Shown: in pieces, positions 51,896-61,174 of the stretch
How the letters are laid out: each line of letters starts with the position of its first letter
Numbering within the stretch: position 1 is the first letter of the stretch
Source: an uncultured Chloroflexia bacterium
GTDB lineage: Bacteria; Chloroflexota; Anaerolineae; CG2-30-64-16
Length of the DNA stretch: 64,000 nucleotides
Direction of reading: 5' to 3'
Assembly (NCBI GenBank): GCA_963810095.1
Contig: CAWEMM010000012.1
Span: 64,001-128,000, forward strand
Notes under the pieces: generated by a model
Told to the model about the DNA's origin: nothing
What the model saw: the letters and a program-made list of their open reading frames with translations, nothing else
The model's database searches: none
Made by a program: the position numbers and the translations under genes

Positions 51896-51974
51896 GCCAC
51901 AGAGGACAGCGAGGACCGGGAGACCGCCGGAGCGGGACGAAGGTCAGTGTGCGCGCCGGCGAAAACTCTGTGGC
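51896..51974. repeat. Inverted-repeat element (GCCACAGAG type)
   Basis: gccacagaggacagcgaggacc ... ctctgtggc between kinase and regulator. Confidence 0.5.
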
Positions 51975-52011
51975 CGAGACCGTTTTCCAGCGACCGGAGG
52001 AGACCATTTTG

Positions 52012-52839
52012 ATGATACCGAATCGCATTCTCGTCATCGACGACGACCCTTCCTGGCAGGAGCTGCTGGCCGAGAGCATCGAGGCCGCCAACGCCGTCCC
52101 GCCGGGCGAGCTCATGCTCCAGGTGGCCCGCACGTTTGCGGAAGCGGACGCGCTGCTCGACCGGCAGCACTTTCACCTGGCATTCGTCGACCTGCGCCTC
52201 AAGGAAGATGAGCGCGAGCTGACCGGCAAGCGCATCGCGGAGAAGATCACCCGGAAGGACGAAGGCACGTGTGTGGTGATCGTGACCGGCCATGCAGACG
52301 TCGGCACTGCCATCACCGCGCTGCGCGAGTGGAACGTGCTCGACTTCGTGCTCAAGGACGAGTGGGACGCGGACAAGGTGGCCCACCTGGTGCGGGCGGG
52401 GCTGGCACAGGCGCGGCTGAGTTACCGGAGCAAATACGAGTCGAGCGTCGACCTGCTGCGCGGGCCGCAGGACATCTACTCCTGGCTGGCCGCCACGCTC
52501 AACCTGTTCGCGCCGGCCAACGAGGTGGACCGCCCGGACCGCCGGCTGGCCGATTTCCTGAATAAGCTGCTCGACGGCCTGCACCCGCTGCTGCCCGCAG
52601 AGGGCGCGTCGGGCCTTGAGCTGGACAGCGCCCGGCGCATCGCGACTGCCCGGTTCTGGAGCAAGGCGCTCGGCGCCCCGATCAGCCTCCTCATGAGCCG
52701 GACGCGCGGCTTCGACACGGAGACCGGCGCGAGCATCGGCTTCAACCGGCCCGAGCGCGTGCTCGAAGAGCCGGCGCTTGGCCTGGTCGCCGCAATCAGC
52801 ACGCCGGCGGTCCCGCACTTTGACAGCTTCGCCTGCTGA
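52012..52839 (+). CDS. Response regulator with unrecognised C-terminal domain
   Basis: ILVIDDD, FVDLRL, VTGH, DFVLK; RBS ggagg. Confidence 0.85.
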   Translation: MIPNRILVIDDDPSWQELLAESIEAANAVPPGELMLQVARTFAEADALLDRQHFHLAFVDLRLKEDERELTGKRIAEKITRKDEGTCVVIVTGHADVGTAITALREWNVLDFVLKDEWDADKVAHLVRAGLAQARLSYRSKYESSVDLLRGPQDIYSWLAATLNLFAPANEVDRPDRRLADFLNKLLDGLHPLLPAEGASGLELDSARRIATARFWSKALGAPISLLMSRTRGFDTETGASIGFNRPERVLEEPALGLVAAISTPAVPHFDSFAC

Positions 52840-52858
52840 GCGCTAATGGAGACATCCC

Positions 52859-53821
52859 ATGTCATCACTCGATAATCCCCGCATCCTCATCACCGGCGGC
52901 TGCGGTCAAATCGGGACCGAGTTGACCACGGCCCTCCGACGCGCGCTATGGCGACGCCAACGTCGTCGTGACGGACCTTCAGCCCCTGCCCCCCGCCTGG
53001 CCCAGTGCGGCCCCGGCGAGCGCCTGGATGTGACCGACCGCGACGCGCTTGCCGCGCTGGTCGGCAAGTACCACATCGACACCATCTACCACCTCGCCGC
53101 AATCCTCTCGGCCACCGGCGAAGAGAAGCCGCGCCTGGCATGGACGGTCAACATCGGCGGGCTATACAACGTGCTCGAGGTGGCACGCGAGTTGGGCGTC
53201 CGCCGCGTCTATCACCCGTCCTCGATTGCCGCGTTCGGACCCGAGACGCCGAAGGACCAGACGCCCCAGGAGACGGTGCTGCGGCCCACCACCATGTACG
53301 GGGTGACAAAGGTAAGCGGCGAGATGCTAGGGGCTTACTATCACCGGCGTTTCGGGCTCGACGTGCGCGGGATCCGCTACCCGGGCGTGATCTCGAGCGA
53401 GACGCCGCCGGGCGGCGGCACGACCGACTACGCGGTGGCCATCTTCTACGAGGCGATCCTGCATGGGCGCTACACGTGCTTCGTTCGCGAGGACACCGTG
53501 TTGCCCATGATCTACATGCCCGACTGCATCCGGGCGACGTTGGAGCTGATGGAGGCGGACGCGGGGAATCTGAAGCATGCGGCGGAGTACAACCTGGCCG
53601 CGCTCACCTTTTCGGCGGGAGAGTTGGCGGCGGCGATCAAAGCGCGAATGCCGCACTTCGAGGTGGAGTACAAGCCCGACTTCCGCCAGCAGATCGCGGA
53701 CTCGTGGCCGCGGACGATCGATGACTCGGCCGCCCGCGAGGAATGGGGCTGGCAGCCGCAGTACGACCTGGGCGCCATGGTCGATGATATGCTCGAGAAG
53801 TTGGGCCAGAAACTGAAGTAG
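52859..53821 (+). CDS. SDR-type L-threonine 3-dehydrogenase-like epimerase/dehydratase; compensating indels 52945-53000
   Basis: ITGGCGQIG, HLAAILSATGE, PSSIAAFG, YGVTK, PGGGTTDYA, RQQIADSWP. Confidence 0.85.
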   Translation: MSSLDNPRILITGGCGQIGTELTTALRRALWRRQRRRDGPSAPAPRLAQCGPGERLDVTDRDALAALVGKYHIDTIYHLAAILSATGEEKPRLAWTVNIGGLYNVLEVARELGVRRVYHPSSIAAFGPETPKDQTPQETVLRPTTMYGVTKVSGEMLGAYYHRRFGLDVRGIRYPGVISSETPPGGGTTDYAVAIFYEAILHGRYTCFVREDTVLPMIYMPDCIRATLELMEADAGNLKHAAEYNLAALTFSAGELAAAIKARMPHFEVEYKPDFRQQIADSWPRTIDDSAAREEWGWQPQYDLGAMVDDMLEKLGQKLK

Positions 53822-53832
53822 ACGACGAGGCC

Positions 53833-53911
53833 GCCACGAATTTCACGAATGACACGAATTCTACACACCGGGGCAATTCGGGTAATTCGTCAAATTCGAG
53901 GAATTCGTGGC
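53833..53911. repeat. 9-nt-period inverted-repeat element, family B copy 1
   Basis: gccacgaatttcacgaatgacacgaat ... aattcgtcaaattcgaggaattcgtggc. Confidence 0.8.
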
Positions 53912-53921
53912 AGCCTCGCAT

Positions 53922-54659
53922 TCACGTCCCGATGACGATGCCTCCGTCCACTCGCAGCACTGCGCCGGAGATGAAGCTGGCCTCGTCGGAGGCGAGGAAC
54001 GCGTAGGCATTCGCGATGTCAATCGGCTGGCCCAGGCGGGCCAGGGGCGTGCGGGCCTTCATGCCGTCCAGCACCTTCTCTGGCATCTTGGCCGTCATAT
54101 CGGTCAGGACGAAACCGGGCGCAATCGCGTTGACCCGGATGTTGTAGCGCCCGAGTTCGCGCGCCCACACCTTCGTCATGCCGATAACCCCGGCTTTGCT
54201 CGCCACGTAGTTGGTCTGCCCGAAATTGCCGTCCAGCCCGACCACGGAAGAGGCATTGAGGATGACCCCGCCGCCGGCCTGGATCATAATCGGCGTGACC
54301 GCCTGTGTGCAGTTGAACACACCCTTGAGGTTGATGTTCATTACCAGGTCGAAATCGGCCTCCGACATCTGCCTGACGAGATATCCGTCCTGCATCTTCA
54401 CGAGATGCCCGTCGCGGGTGATCCCCGCGTTGTTGACCAGCACGTCGATGCGGCCGTACTTCGCCTTCACGTCGTCGACCCACGCCTGCACGGCCTGGCG
54501 GTCGGTCACGTCGACCTTGTACTGGCCCGGCTCGTCCGGGTTGGCCTCCACATCGCAGATCGCGACCCGCGCGCCCTCGGCGGCAAACTTCTCGGCCGTC
54601 GCCTTGCCGATGCCCGCCGCGCCCCCGGTGACCAACACCACCTTATTCTCGAACCGCAT
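53922..54659 (-). CDS. fabG: 3-oxoacyl-(ACP/CoA) reductase, SDR
   Basis: TGGAAGIG, NNAGITRD, GNFGQTNYVASKAG, NAIAPGF. Confidence 0.85.
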   Translation of the reverse strand: MRFENKVVLVTGGAAGIGKATAEKFAAEGARVAICDVEANPDEPGQYKVDVTDRQAVQAWVDDVKAKYGRIDVLVNNAGITRDGHLVKMQDGYLVRQMSEADFDLVMNINLKGVFNCTQAVTPIMIQAGGGVILNASSVVGLDGNFGQTNYVASKAGVIGMTKVWARELGRYNIRVNAIAPGFVLTDMTAKMPEKVLDGMKARTPLARLGQPIDIANAYAFLASDEASFISGAVLRVDGGIVIGT

Positions 54660-54689
54660 GATTCACTCCCTCTGGAAGAAAACGAGGTG

Positions 54690-54777
54690 GCCACGAATTT
54701 CACGAATTCGACGAATTTGACGGGTTGAACAGACAACGGCAATCCAAGCAATTCGTTCAATTCGTGTAATTCGTGGC
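54690..54777. repeat. 9-nt-period inverted-repeat element, family B copy 2
   Basis: gccacgaatttcacgaattcgacgaat ... aattcgttcaattcgtgtaattcgtggc. Confidence 0.8.
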
Positions 54778-54785
54778 AGCTTCGT

Positions 54786-55202
54786 CTATTCCGCTTTGAA
54801 CGCGAGGTAATTTTGCTCGCCCCGCCGCACGAAGTCTACGACGACGGGGAGGCCGATCTGAATCCCCTCCGGGTGCTTCGGGTCCACGCCCAGAATCTGG
54901 CCGCTGATCTTCACGCCCTCGTCGAGCTCCACGATACCGGACACATAGGGATTCTCTTTGCCGTAGCCCGCATTGATCATGGGCGTCGGGCCGACGTAGA
55001 TGACGGTGAACGCGGCGAGCTTCCCTCTGCCCGCCAGCTCGACCCATTCCATCCGCTCGCCGAAACAATGCGGACAAATCGCGCGCGGCGGGAGGTGGAG
55101 CCGGCCGCACTCGCTGCAGCGCGATCCCATCAGCTTCTGCTCGTCGAGGAACTGGTTGAACGAAGCGACGGTGAACGGTCTCACAGGTGACGGAGCGGAC
55201 AT
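54786..55202 (-). CDS. DUF35 Zn-ribbon/OB-fold protein
   Basis: CSECG...PPRAICPHC, G.LAAFT, PY..GIVELDEG. Confidence 0.9.
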   Translation of the reverse strand: MSAPSPVRPFTVASFNQFLDEQKLMGSRCSECGRLHLPPRAICPHCFGERMEWVELAGRGKLAAFTVIYVGPTPMINAGYGKENPYVSGIVELDEGVKISGQILGVDPKHPEGIQIGLPVVVDFVRRGEQNYLAFKAE

Positions 55203-55204
55203 GG

Positions 55205-56476
55205 CTACCTCCTCTCGAAGAGATGCACGACGCACGTGGAGCCCGTCGCGCCGACATTGTGCGTCAGGCCGACAGACACGTCGCCCGGCACCTGCCGCGG
55301 CCCGGCCTCGCAGCGCATCTGCTTGAACATCTCGATGGCCTGCCCGACACCCGAGGCCCCGACCGGGTGGCCCTTCGACTTGAGCCCGCCGGAAGTGTTG
55401 ATCGGGTGGGCGCCGGTGCGCGCTGTCACCCCGTCCACCGCCGCCTTGTAGCCCTCGCCGGGAGCGAAGAACCCCAGGTCCTCGGTGGCGATCACCTCGG
55501 CAATCGTAAAGCAGTCGTGTACTTCGGCCAGCCGCACGTCGTGATTGTCCATGCCTGCCATCTCGTACGCTTGCTTTGCCGCCAATTGCGCGGCAGGGAT
55601 TTGGGTGAGGTCCTCCCGGTCGTGGAGCGGCACGCCCGACGCTTGCCCCGCGCCGATCACATAGATGGGTTTGTCGGTGAAGTCCTTCGCCCGCTCCTCG
55701 GCGACCAGTAGCACGCACGCGGCACCGTCCGTGATGGGCGAGCAGTCGAACAGGCGCAGCGGCCATGCGATCATCGGGTTCGCCCCGTCGTCATGCAGGA
55801 AGTCCATTTCCGTCTGCCACGTGGGGACCGGCCTGCCCTTCTTCGCAGCCGCATCCTTGCGGCCCTGCATCCACGCCGGGATGGTGCCGAACTGGGCCTT
55901 GGGGTTCAAGCCGCCGTTCTCGTGGTTCTTGATGGCCACCTGCATCAAGTCTTCCGCGGTCATGCCGTAGCGCGCCATGTAGGCGGTCGCCATGGCTGCG
56001 TAGAAGCCGGGAAAGGTGAAGCCCGCGGGGATTTCGTACTGGGCGTCGGCGGCGGCCCCGAGCGTGTCGGTGACCTCGGCCGTGGGCAGCTTGGTCATGC
56101 GCTCGACGCCGCCGACCAGCACGACGTCGGCCATGCCCGACGCGATGGCCATCACACCCTGGCGCAGCGCCACGCCGCCCGAGGCACACGCATCCTCCAC
56201 CCGCACGGCGGGCCGCGGCACGAGGCCCACGGCATCGGCCATGATGGGCGCGACATGAGCCTGGCGCTCGAAGAGGTCGCTCGAGAAGTTGCCGATATAG
56301 ATTGTTTCGATTTGTGCCGGGTCGAATCCGTTGTCCACCGAGGCGCGCAACTCCTTGAACGCCTCGACAAACAGGTCACGGCTGGTCTTGTCGGGAAATG
56401 CGCCGAACTTGCTCATCCCCGCGCCCACCATCGCCACGCCCCGGCCTAATTTGCGGGTTGCCATAGGCAGTGCCAT
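55205..56476 (-). CDS. Thiolase (archaeal/SCP2-type, DUF35-associated)
   Basis: EDACASG, DCSPITDGA, EVHDCFT, NTSGGLKSKGHPVGASG. Confidence 0.92.
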   Translation of the reverse strand: MALPMATRKLGRGVAMVGAGMSKFGAFPDKTSRDLFVEAFKELRASVDNGFDPAQIETIYIGNFSSDLFERQAHVAPIMADAVGLVPRPAVRVEDACASGGVALRQGVMAIASGMADVVLVGGVERMTKLPTAEVTDTLGAAADAQYEIPAGFTFPGFYAAMATAYMARYGMTAEDLMQVAIKNHENGGLNPKAQFGTIPAWMQGRKDAAAKKGRPVPTWQTEMDFLHDDGANPMIAWPLRLFDCSPITDGAACVLLVAEERAKDFTDKPIYVIGAGQASGVPLHDREDLTQIPAAQLAAKQAYEMAGMDNHDVRLAEVHDCFTIAEVIATEDLGFFAPGEGYKAAVDGVTARTGAHPINTSGGLKSKGHPVGASGVGQAIEMFKQMRCEAGPRQVPGDVSVGLTHNVGATGSTCVVHLFERR

Positions 56477-56550
56477 CCGTTCCTCCTTGAACAGCTTTCG
56501 CCTTCGAAATACTACCAGCCCGACGTTACGCGCCAGTTACAGGCGGAGCA

Positions 56551-56639
56551 GGACGCAGACCCAACAGATCGAACTGATTCAAGTAGCGTCTGATTAAGAT
56601 CGTGTGAATCAGTCTGATCTGTTCACCCTGTGTCCCATT
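56551..56639. repeat. 9-nt-period inverted-repeat element, family A copy 3
   Basis: ggacgcagacccaacagatcgaactgattc ... gaatcagtctgatctgttcaccctgtgtcc. Confidence 0.7.
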
Positions 56640-56641
56640 CT

Positions 56642-57691
56642 CTATGGCACGAGCACGACCTTCCCGAACTGCTCGCCCTTTTCCAGGTACTCGTGCGCGG
56701 CCCGGCCTTCGCTCAGGGGAAAGACCTTGTCGACGACCGGCGCGAGCTTGCGCTGCCAGATCAGGTCCATCACGTTGCGGAAGTCGTCGTGGCTGCCCAT
56801 GGTGCTGCCGAGAATGCTGATCTGCTTGCGGAACACAAGCCGCAGGTCCATCTCCACCACGGGGCCGCCGGTCCCGCCGACGGTGACGAGCCGGCCCCCG
56901 CGGGCCAGGGCCCGGATGCTCTGCGTCCAGGTCGGCGCGCCCACGTTGTCGACGACGACGTCGACCCCGCGCTTGCCCGTCGCGAGGAACACCGCCTTCG
57001 ACCAATCTTCGGCCTTGTAGTTGATCGTCACGTCCGCGCCGAGGGAGTGTGCGCGGGCCATCTTCTCGGGCGTCGACGTGATCGCGTAGACGGTGGCGCC
57101 CAGGTGCTTGGCGATTTGGATCGCCGCGCTGTTGACGCCCCCGCCCGCACCGACGATGGCAACCGTTTCGCCGGGCTTGAGCTGCGCTCGCTTGACCAGC
57201 ATGCGCCAGGCGGTCAGGTAGACGAGCAGCGGCGCCGCCGCCGCCACGAAGTCAAAGTCGTCGGGCATGGGCAGCAGGTTGACCGCCGGCACGACCAGCA
57301 GCTCGGCACAGCCGCCCCAACCGTCTTCGCCGAGGATGTGATAGTAGGGGCTGAGGCTGTCCTCGCCCCGCCGCGTCCACTCGTCTTGGCCGGCGGCTCC
57401 GCCAGGGCCGGTCATCACCCCCGGGTCGACCACAACCCGCGTGCCCTCGGCGGGGCCGGTGGCGCCCTCGCCGTAGCCGAGCACGATGCCGGCGACGTCT
57501 GCCCCGCCCACGTGCGGCTTCGGCAGCTTGTCGAACGCGGGGCCGCCCCGGCGGACCCACAGGTCGACATGGTTCAAGGCGACTGCTTTCACCTGGACGA
57601 GGGCCTGGCCCGGCCCGGGTCTGACGTCGTCGAGGTCGCCATACTGCATCACTTCGGGACCGCCATGGTGCGTGAAGTACAGTGCTTTCAT
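56642..57691 (-). CDS. MDR-family NAD(P)H oxidoreductase (QOR/enoyl-reductase-like)
   Basis: HGGPEV, ALNHVD, GAGGGV, GRLVTVG, GSTMG, FGKVVL. Confidence 0.9.
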   Translation of the reverse strand: MKALYFTHHGGPEVMQYGDLDDVRPGPGQALVQVKAVALNHVDLWVRRGGPAFDKLPKPHVGGADVAGIVLGYGEGATGPAEGTRVVVDPGVMTGPGGAAGQDEWTRRGEDSLSPYYHILGEDGWGGCAELLVVPAVNLLPMPDDFDFVAAAAPLLVYLTAWRMLVKRAQLKPGETVAIVGAGGGVNSAAIQIAKHLGATVYAITSTPEKMARAHSLGADVTINYKAEDWSKAVFLATGKRGVDVVVDNVGAPTWTQSIRALARGGRLVTVGGTGGPVVEMDLRLVFRKQISILGSTMGSHDDFRNVMDLIWQRKLAPVVDKVFPLSEGRAAHEYLEKGEQFGKVVLVP

Positions 57692-57758
57692 CGGCATCCT
57701 TTCGGCACGGCTCGATACGCGTTTGTGTGAAGTATAACACGCCGGACGCGGGGCAAGA

Positions 57759-58950
57759 TCACATCCTGGCAAGCACTTCTCGCAGGATGACGACCTCTTC
57801 GTCCGTCGGCACCACCCAGATCTCGGTCCGCGAGCCATCGGCGTTGACCTTCGTGGCCCGATCGAGGGGCGCGTTTCGATTGGCCACAGGATCGAGCAGG
57901 ACGCCCAGGTTCGCCACGCCGGCGCACACCTTCTCACGCAGTTCCCAGGATTTCAAACCGACGTCGTCCGTAAAGACGATGGCATCCGGGCCGTCAAGCA
58001 GCCAGGTGTACGCGCCGAGATAGGTTCTGAGGCGGTGCGCGTAAACGTCGTAGGCAAGCGCACAGCGCGCATTGCCCTTCTCGGCCTCCCGGATGATCTC
58101 CTGCAGGTTAGAGGAGAAGCCCGAGAGGCCGATGAGGCCGGACTGGTTGTTAAGGATGGCGCTCACCTCGTCGGGCGAGTGGCCCGCGCGCACCAGTTCC
58201 AGCACCACCTCGGCGTCGATGTCGCCGCAGCGGGTGGACATGACCAGGCCCGGCAGCGGCGAAAAGCCCATCGAAGTATCGAGCGACCGGCCCTCCTTCA
58301 CGGCCACTACGCTGGACCCACCCGTGCCCAGGTGGCACAGGATCAGCTTGAGGGCGTCCAGGGGCCGGCCCATCAGCTCGGCAACGCGGGCCGACACGTA
58401 CTGGTAGGACAGCCCGTGGAAACCGTACTTGCGGAACCCATACTGTTCGGCGAGGTCACGCGGGATCGCATAGGTTCGTGCCTCGGGGGGCATGCGCCGA
58501 GTGGAAGGACGTGTCGAAGACGGCATACTGCGGCACGTCGGGCAACAGGTCGCGGCAGACCTCGATCACGCTTAAGGAATTCGGGTTGTGAATCGGTGCA
58601 AAATGGAGGCACCGCCGCAGCTTTGCCAGGGCGGCCGGATCGATCCGGGCGGTCTGCGTGAAGAGGTCGCCGCCGTGAACAAAGCGATGCCCGACCGCGT
58701 CGACCCGGACATGGTGCCCCTCGAGAAGCGCCAGGATCTCGCGCGCGGCCAGGGCGTGCAACGAGAGGTCGGCCGCACGCGATCCTGCTTCGCCCCGGAT
58801 GTGCCACTCGACGACGGACGCCGCCTGCGTCTTCGTCGCGACGTTTCTCGCCTTGCCCCAGGCAACGGCGACGGGAGTGCCGTCGGGCGAAATACGATAC
58901 ACCTTGAAGCCCTGTGATGAGCTGCCGCAATTGAAAATGAGGATGTCCAA
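57759..58950 (-). CDS. ackA: Acetate/propionate kinase; frameshift near 58490
   Basis: NCGSSS, GHRFVHGG, APIHNP, VFDTSFH, RKYGFHG.S, CHLG, DTSMGFSPL.G..M.TR.GD, PTDEE. Confidence 0.9.
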
Positions 58951-59042
58951 GCCGTCTCTCCAGCCCGTGGTGTTGGATCGTGGGGAGAGGATAGCACTTT
59001 CGAGGTTACGGCCCAAGCGGCGAAGGAGCACGCGCAAGAAAA

Positions 59043-59073
59043 GGCCCCCGGCTTCGTCGTGAAGCCAGGGGCC
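59043..59073 (-). terminator. Hairpin after the sigma factor gene
   Basis: ggcccccggcttc...gaagccaggggcc. Confidence 0.6.
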
Positions 59074-59095
59074 GCAATTGTTCGCTTGCAGGCCC

Positions 59096-59728
59096 TTACG
59101 ACACTGCCACCCGCTGGGCCTCGCCTGCGTGGAACTCCTGCCGCTGCACGGCCGCCTGTGGCACGATGCCGTTCTTGGTCAACGCGTCGCGCATCTTCGC
59201 GCGCGCCCGGCTGAGCCGTGACTTAACCGTGCCCAGGTTCGAGCCGGTGACCGCGGCCGCCTCGTGATACGCCAGGCCTTCGACATCGCAGAGCAGGAGC
59301 ACTTGCTGCTGCTCCTTGGGCAGCTTGCGAATCTCCGCCATCATCATGCGCATCAGCTCGCTCGACTCCGCACGGTCGTGGGGGGTCGGCTTGGCGTCAA
59401 TCAGGCGATAGTCGTGCTCGGGCAGAATGTCATCACCGTCGAGCAGCTTCGCCCGCCGGCGCCGGTCCCCGCGCATCCGGTCATAACACGTGTTGATGAC
59501 CACCCGGAACAGCCACGCCTTGAACGAGCCGCCCCGGAACTGATGAATACGATTGTAGATTTTGATGAAGCTGTCCTGCATCGCGTCCGACGCGCTGTCT
59601 GAGTCGCCGAGAATGCGGTATGCGATGCTGTAGGCCTGCTGCTGATAGGCCGAAATCAAGGCGTTGAAAGCCGAAAGCTCTCCACACTGGGCCGCCTCGA
59701 CCAATGCGTTCTCATCCTGCTGCGTCAT
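59096..59728 (-). CDS. ECF sigma-70 factor
   Basis: DAMQDSF, FKAWLFRV..N.C.D, GLAYHE, GTVKSRLSRAR. Confidence 0.93.
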   Translation of the reverse strand: MTQQDENALVEAAQCGELSAFNALISAYQQQAYSIAYRILGDSDSASDAMQDSFIKIYNRIHQFRGGSFKAWLFRVVINTCYDRMRGDRRRRAKLLDGDDILPEHDYRLIDAKPTPHDRAESSELMRMMMAEIRKLPKEQQQVLLLCDVEGLAYHEAAAVTGSNLGTVKSRLSRARAKMRDALTKNGIVPQAAVQRQEFHAGEAQRVAVS

Positions 59729-59759
59729 CTCACTTCCTCCCACTCATTCTCTACTCAAA

Positions 59760-60983
59760 TCACCTGGCGGAACCGGCGCCGATCTTCGCCAATATTCGTC
59801 GCTTCACCTGTCCGTCATACACTTGCCACTTCAGGTCCCTATACTCGTCGGTGCCGTTCCCCGCCAGAAACCCAATTGGAACCTCAAACCCCCCCGCCAA
59901 CGCCTTGCCACCGCCAATGTATCGTCCTGCCGCATCTTTGCCGAAGACCGACTTGATAAACTCGTCGGGGTCCAGCGTCAGCTTGGTCGTGCGGAGCGAA
60001 CCCACCAGGCGCTCGGCCGACGCATCATCCCCCTGGATAATGCCGTACACGATCGCCGTGTGGATATTCTCTTCGGTCAGCAGAAAATCGGCTGCCTGGG
60101 GAATCGCATCGCGGTCTTCGAGCCGGATATAACCGATCCCGCTGAGCGAGTAATTGTCGACGATCACCCGGTTCCCCAAGGCCCGCTGGATCGTTTCCAT
60201 GGCCTGCTTCGAACGGGCCTGGCTCATGATTTGCTCGAGCAAGTCGGCATCCCGGTAGCGGCTCAAAAATGCGGCCGCCGTAAAGTCGTCGGGGCCGGCT
60301 CGCAGCAGGCCGTGGGTGTCGGTCAGCAGGCCGTGCATCAGGGCTGTCGCCGCAAGCACGTGCTCCCTGCGGGCCTTGTCCATCGGCAGCAAGCCCTGGG
60401 CCAGATACTCGGCATATAGGGTCGCCGTCGCGCCCACCCGGCGAATGTCGCTGAACTGCGGTTGGACCCTCTCTTGCAGTTCATGATGGTCGATCACGGC
60501 AAGGGCCGGCACGCCCGCCTTTTCCAGCGCTTCCACCAGCCGCATCGCGGTTGTGCCCTGGTTATCCACGAACACTGCCGCCTGATACTTGCGCAGGTCG
60601 CTCGCCGGGTTCCACCGGGCCACATTCATCCCAATGAGCCGAACCAGGGCCACGTTCTGCACATGGCTGATTTGCTCTCCGTATACGACGTCCGCCTGGA
60701 TCTCGTGCGCCGCGCTGATGAGTTGGTGTGCGTACGCCGACGCCAGCGCGTCCGGGTCCGGAAAGTCCTGCAGGACGATGATGTGACGCTCGCCCCGATG
60801 CGCCGCCAACATCTCGCCCAGCCCCTGTGCCACGGTCATGATGGTGTGCACCCCGTGCGCCCGCACCCCGTGCGAGCGCACCAAAGGGGTGTGCTCGCCC
60901 TCTGCGGCCAGCGCCTCCGGCGGCACGTCCTGCGCACCTGCTTGCGTGTCCACTACCGGCTTGTTCGGGTCTTGAGCTGGCAT
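59760..60983 (-). CDS. DHH-family phosphoesterase (NrnA-like)
   Basis: PDPDA, FVDN, IDHH, GATAT, TDT, GSLR, GGG. Confidence 0.88.
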   Translation of the reverse strand: MPAQDPNKPVVDTQAGAQDVPPEALAAEGEHTPLVRSHGVRAHGVHTIMTVAQGLGEMLAAHRGERHIIVLQDFPDPDALASAYAHQLISAAHEIQADVVYGEQISHVQNVALVRLIGMNVARWNPASDLRKYQAAVFVDNQGTTAMRLVEALEKAGVPALAVIDHHELQERVQPQFSDIRRVGATATLYAEYLAQGLLPMDKARREHVLAATALMHGLLTDTHGLLRAGPDDFTAAAFLSRYRDADLLEQIMSQARSKQAMETIQRALGNRVIVDNYSLSGIGYIRLEDRDAIPQAADFLLTEENIHTAIVYGIIQGDDASAERLVGSLRTTKLTLDPDEFIKSVFGKDAAGRYIGGGKALAGGFEVPIGFLAGNGTDEYRDLKWQVYDGQVKRRILAKIGAGSAR

Positions 60984-61015
60984 TTCTATTCAGCCTTCGC
61001 TTGCGTTAGCGGGCC

Positions 61016-61174
61016 CTACTGGCGGAAAGCTGACTTGCGGGGCAGGCGTGTCTGCGGCAGCCTGGCCGGGACACGAACGGGCGCCGGCTTCGGGGCCTTC
61101 TGTTTGGACTTGCCCGTAAAGGCAACAAAGGTAAGCGCAAACGCCCAGGCCAGCAGCAATGCAACTATTTCCAT
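61016..61174 (-). CDS. Small single-TM protein with basic Pro-rich tail (52 aa), not in the ORF track
   Basis: RBS gaggtg; MEIVALLLAWAFALTFVAFTGKSKQKAPKPAPVRVPARLPQTRLPRKSAFRQ. Confidence 0.55.
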   Translation of the reverse strand: MEIVALLLAWAFALTFVAFTGKSKQKAPKPAPVRVPARLPQTRLPRKSAFRQ

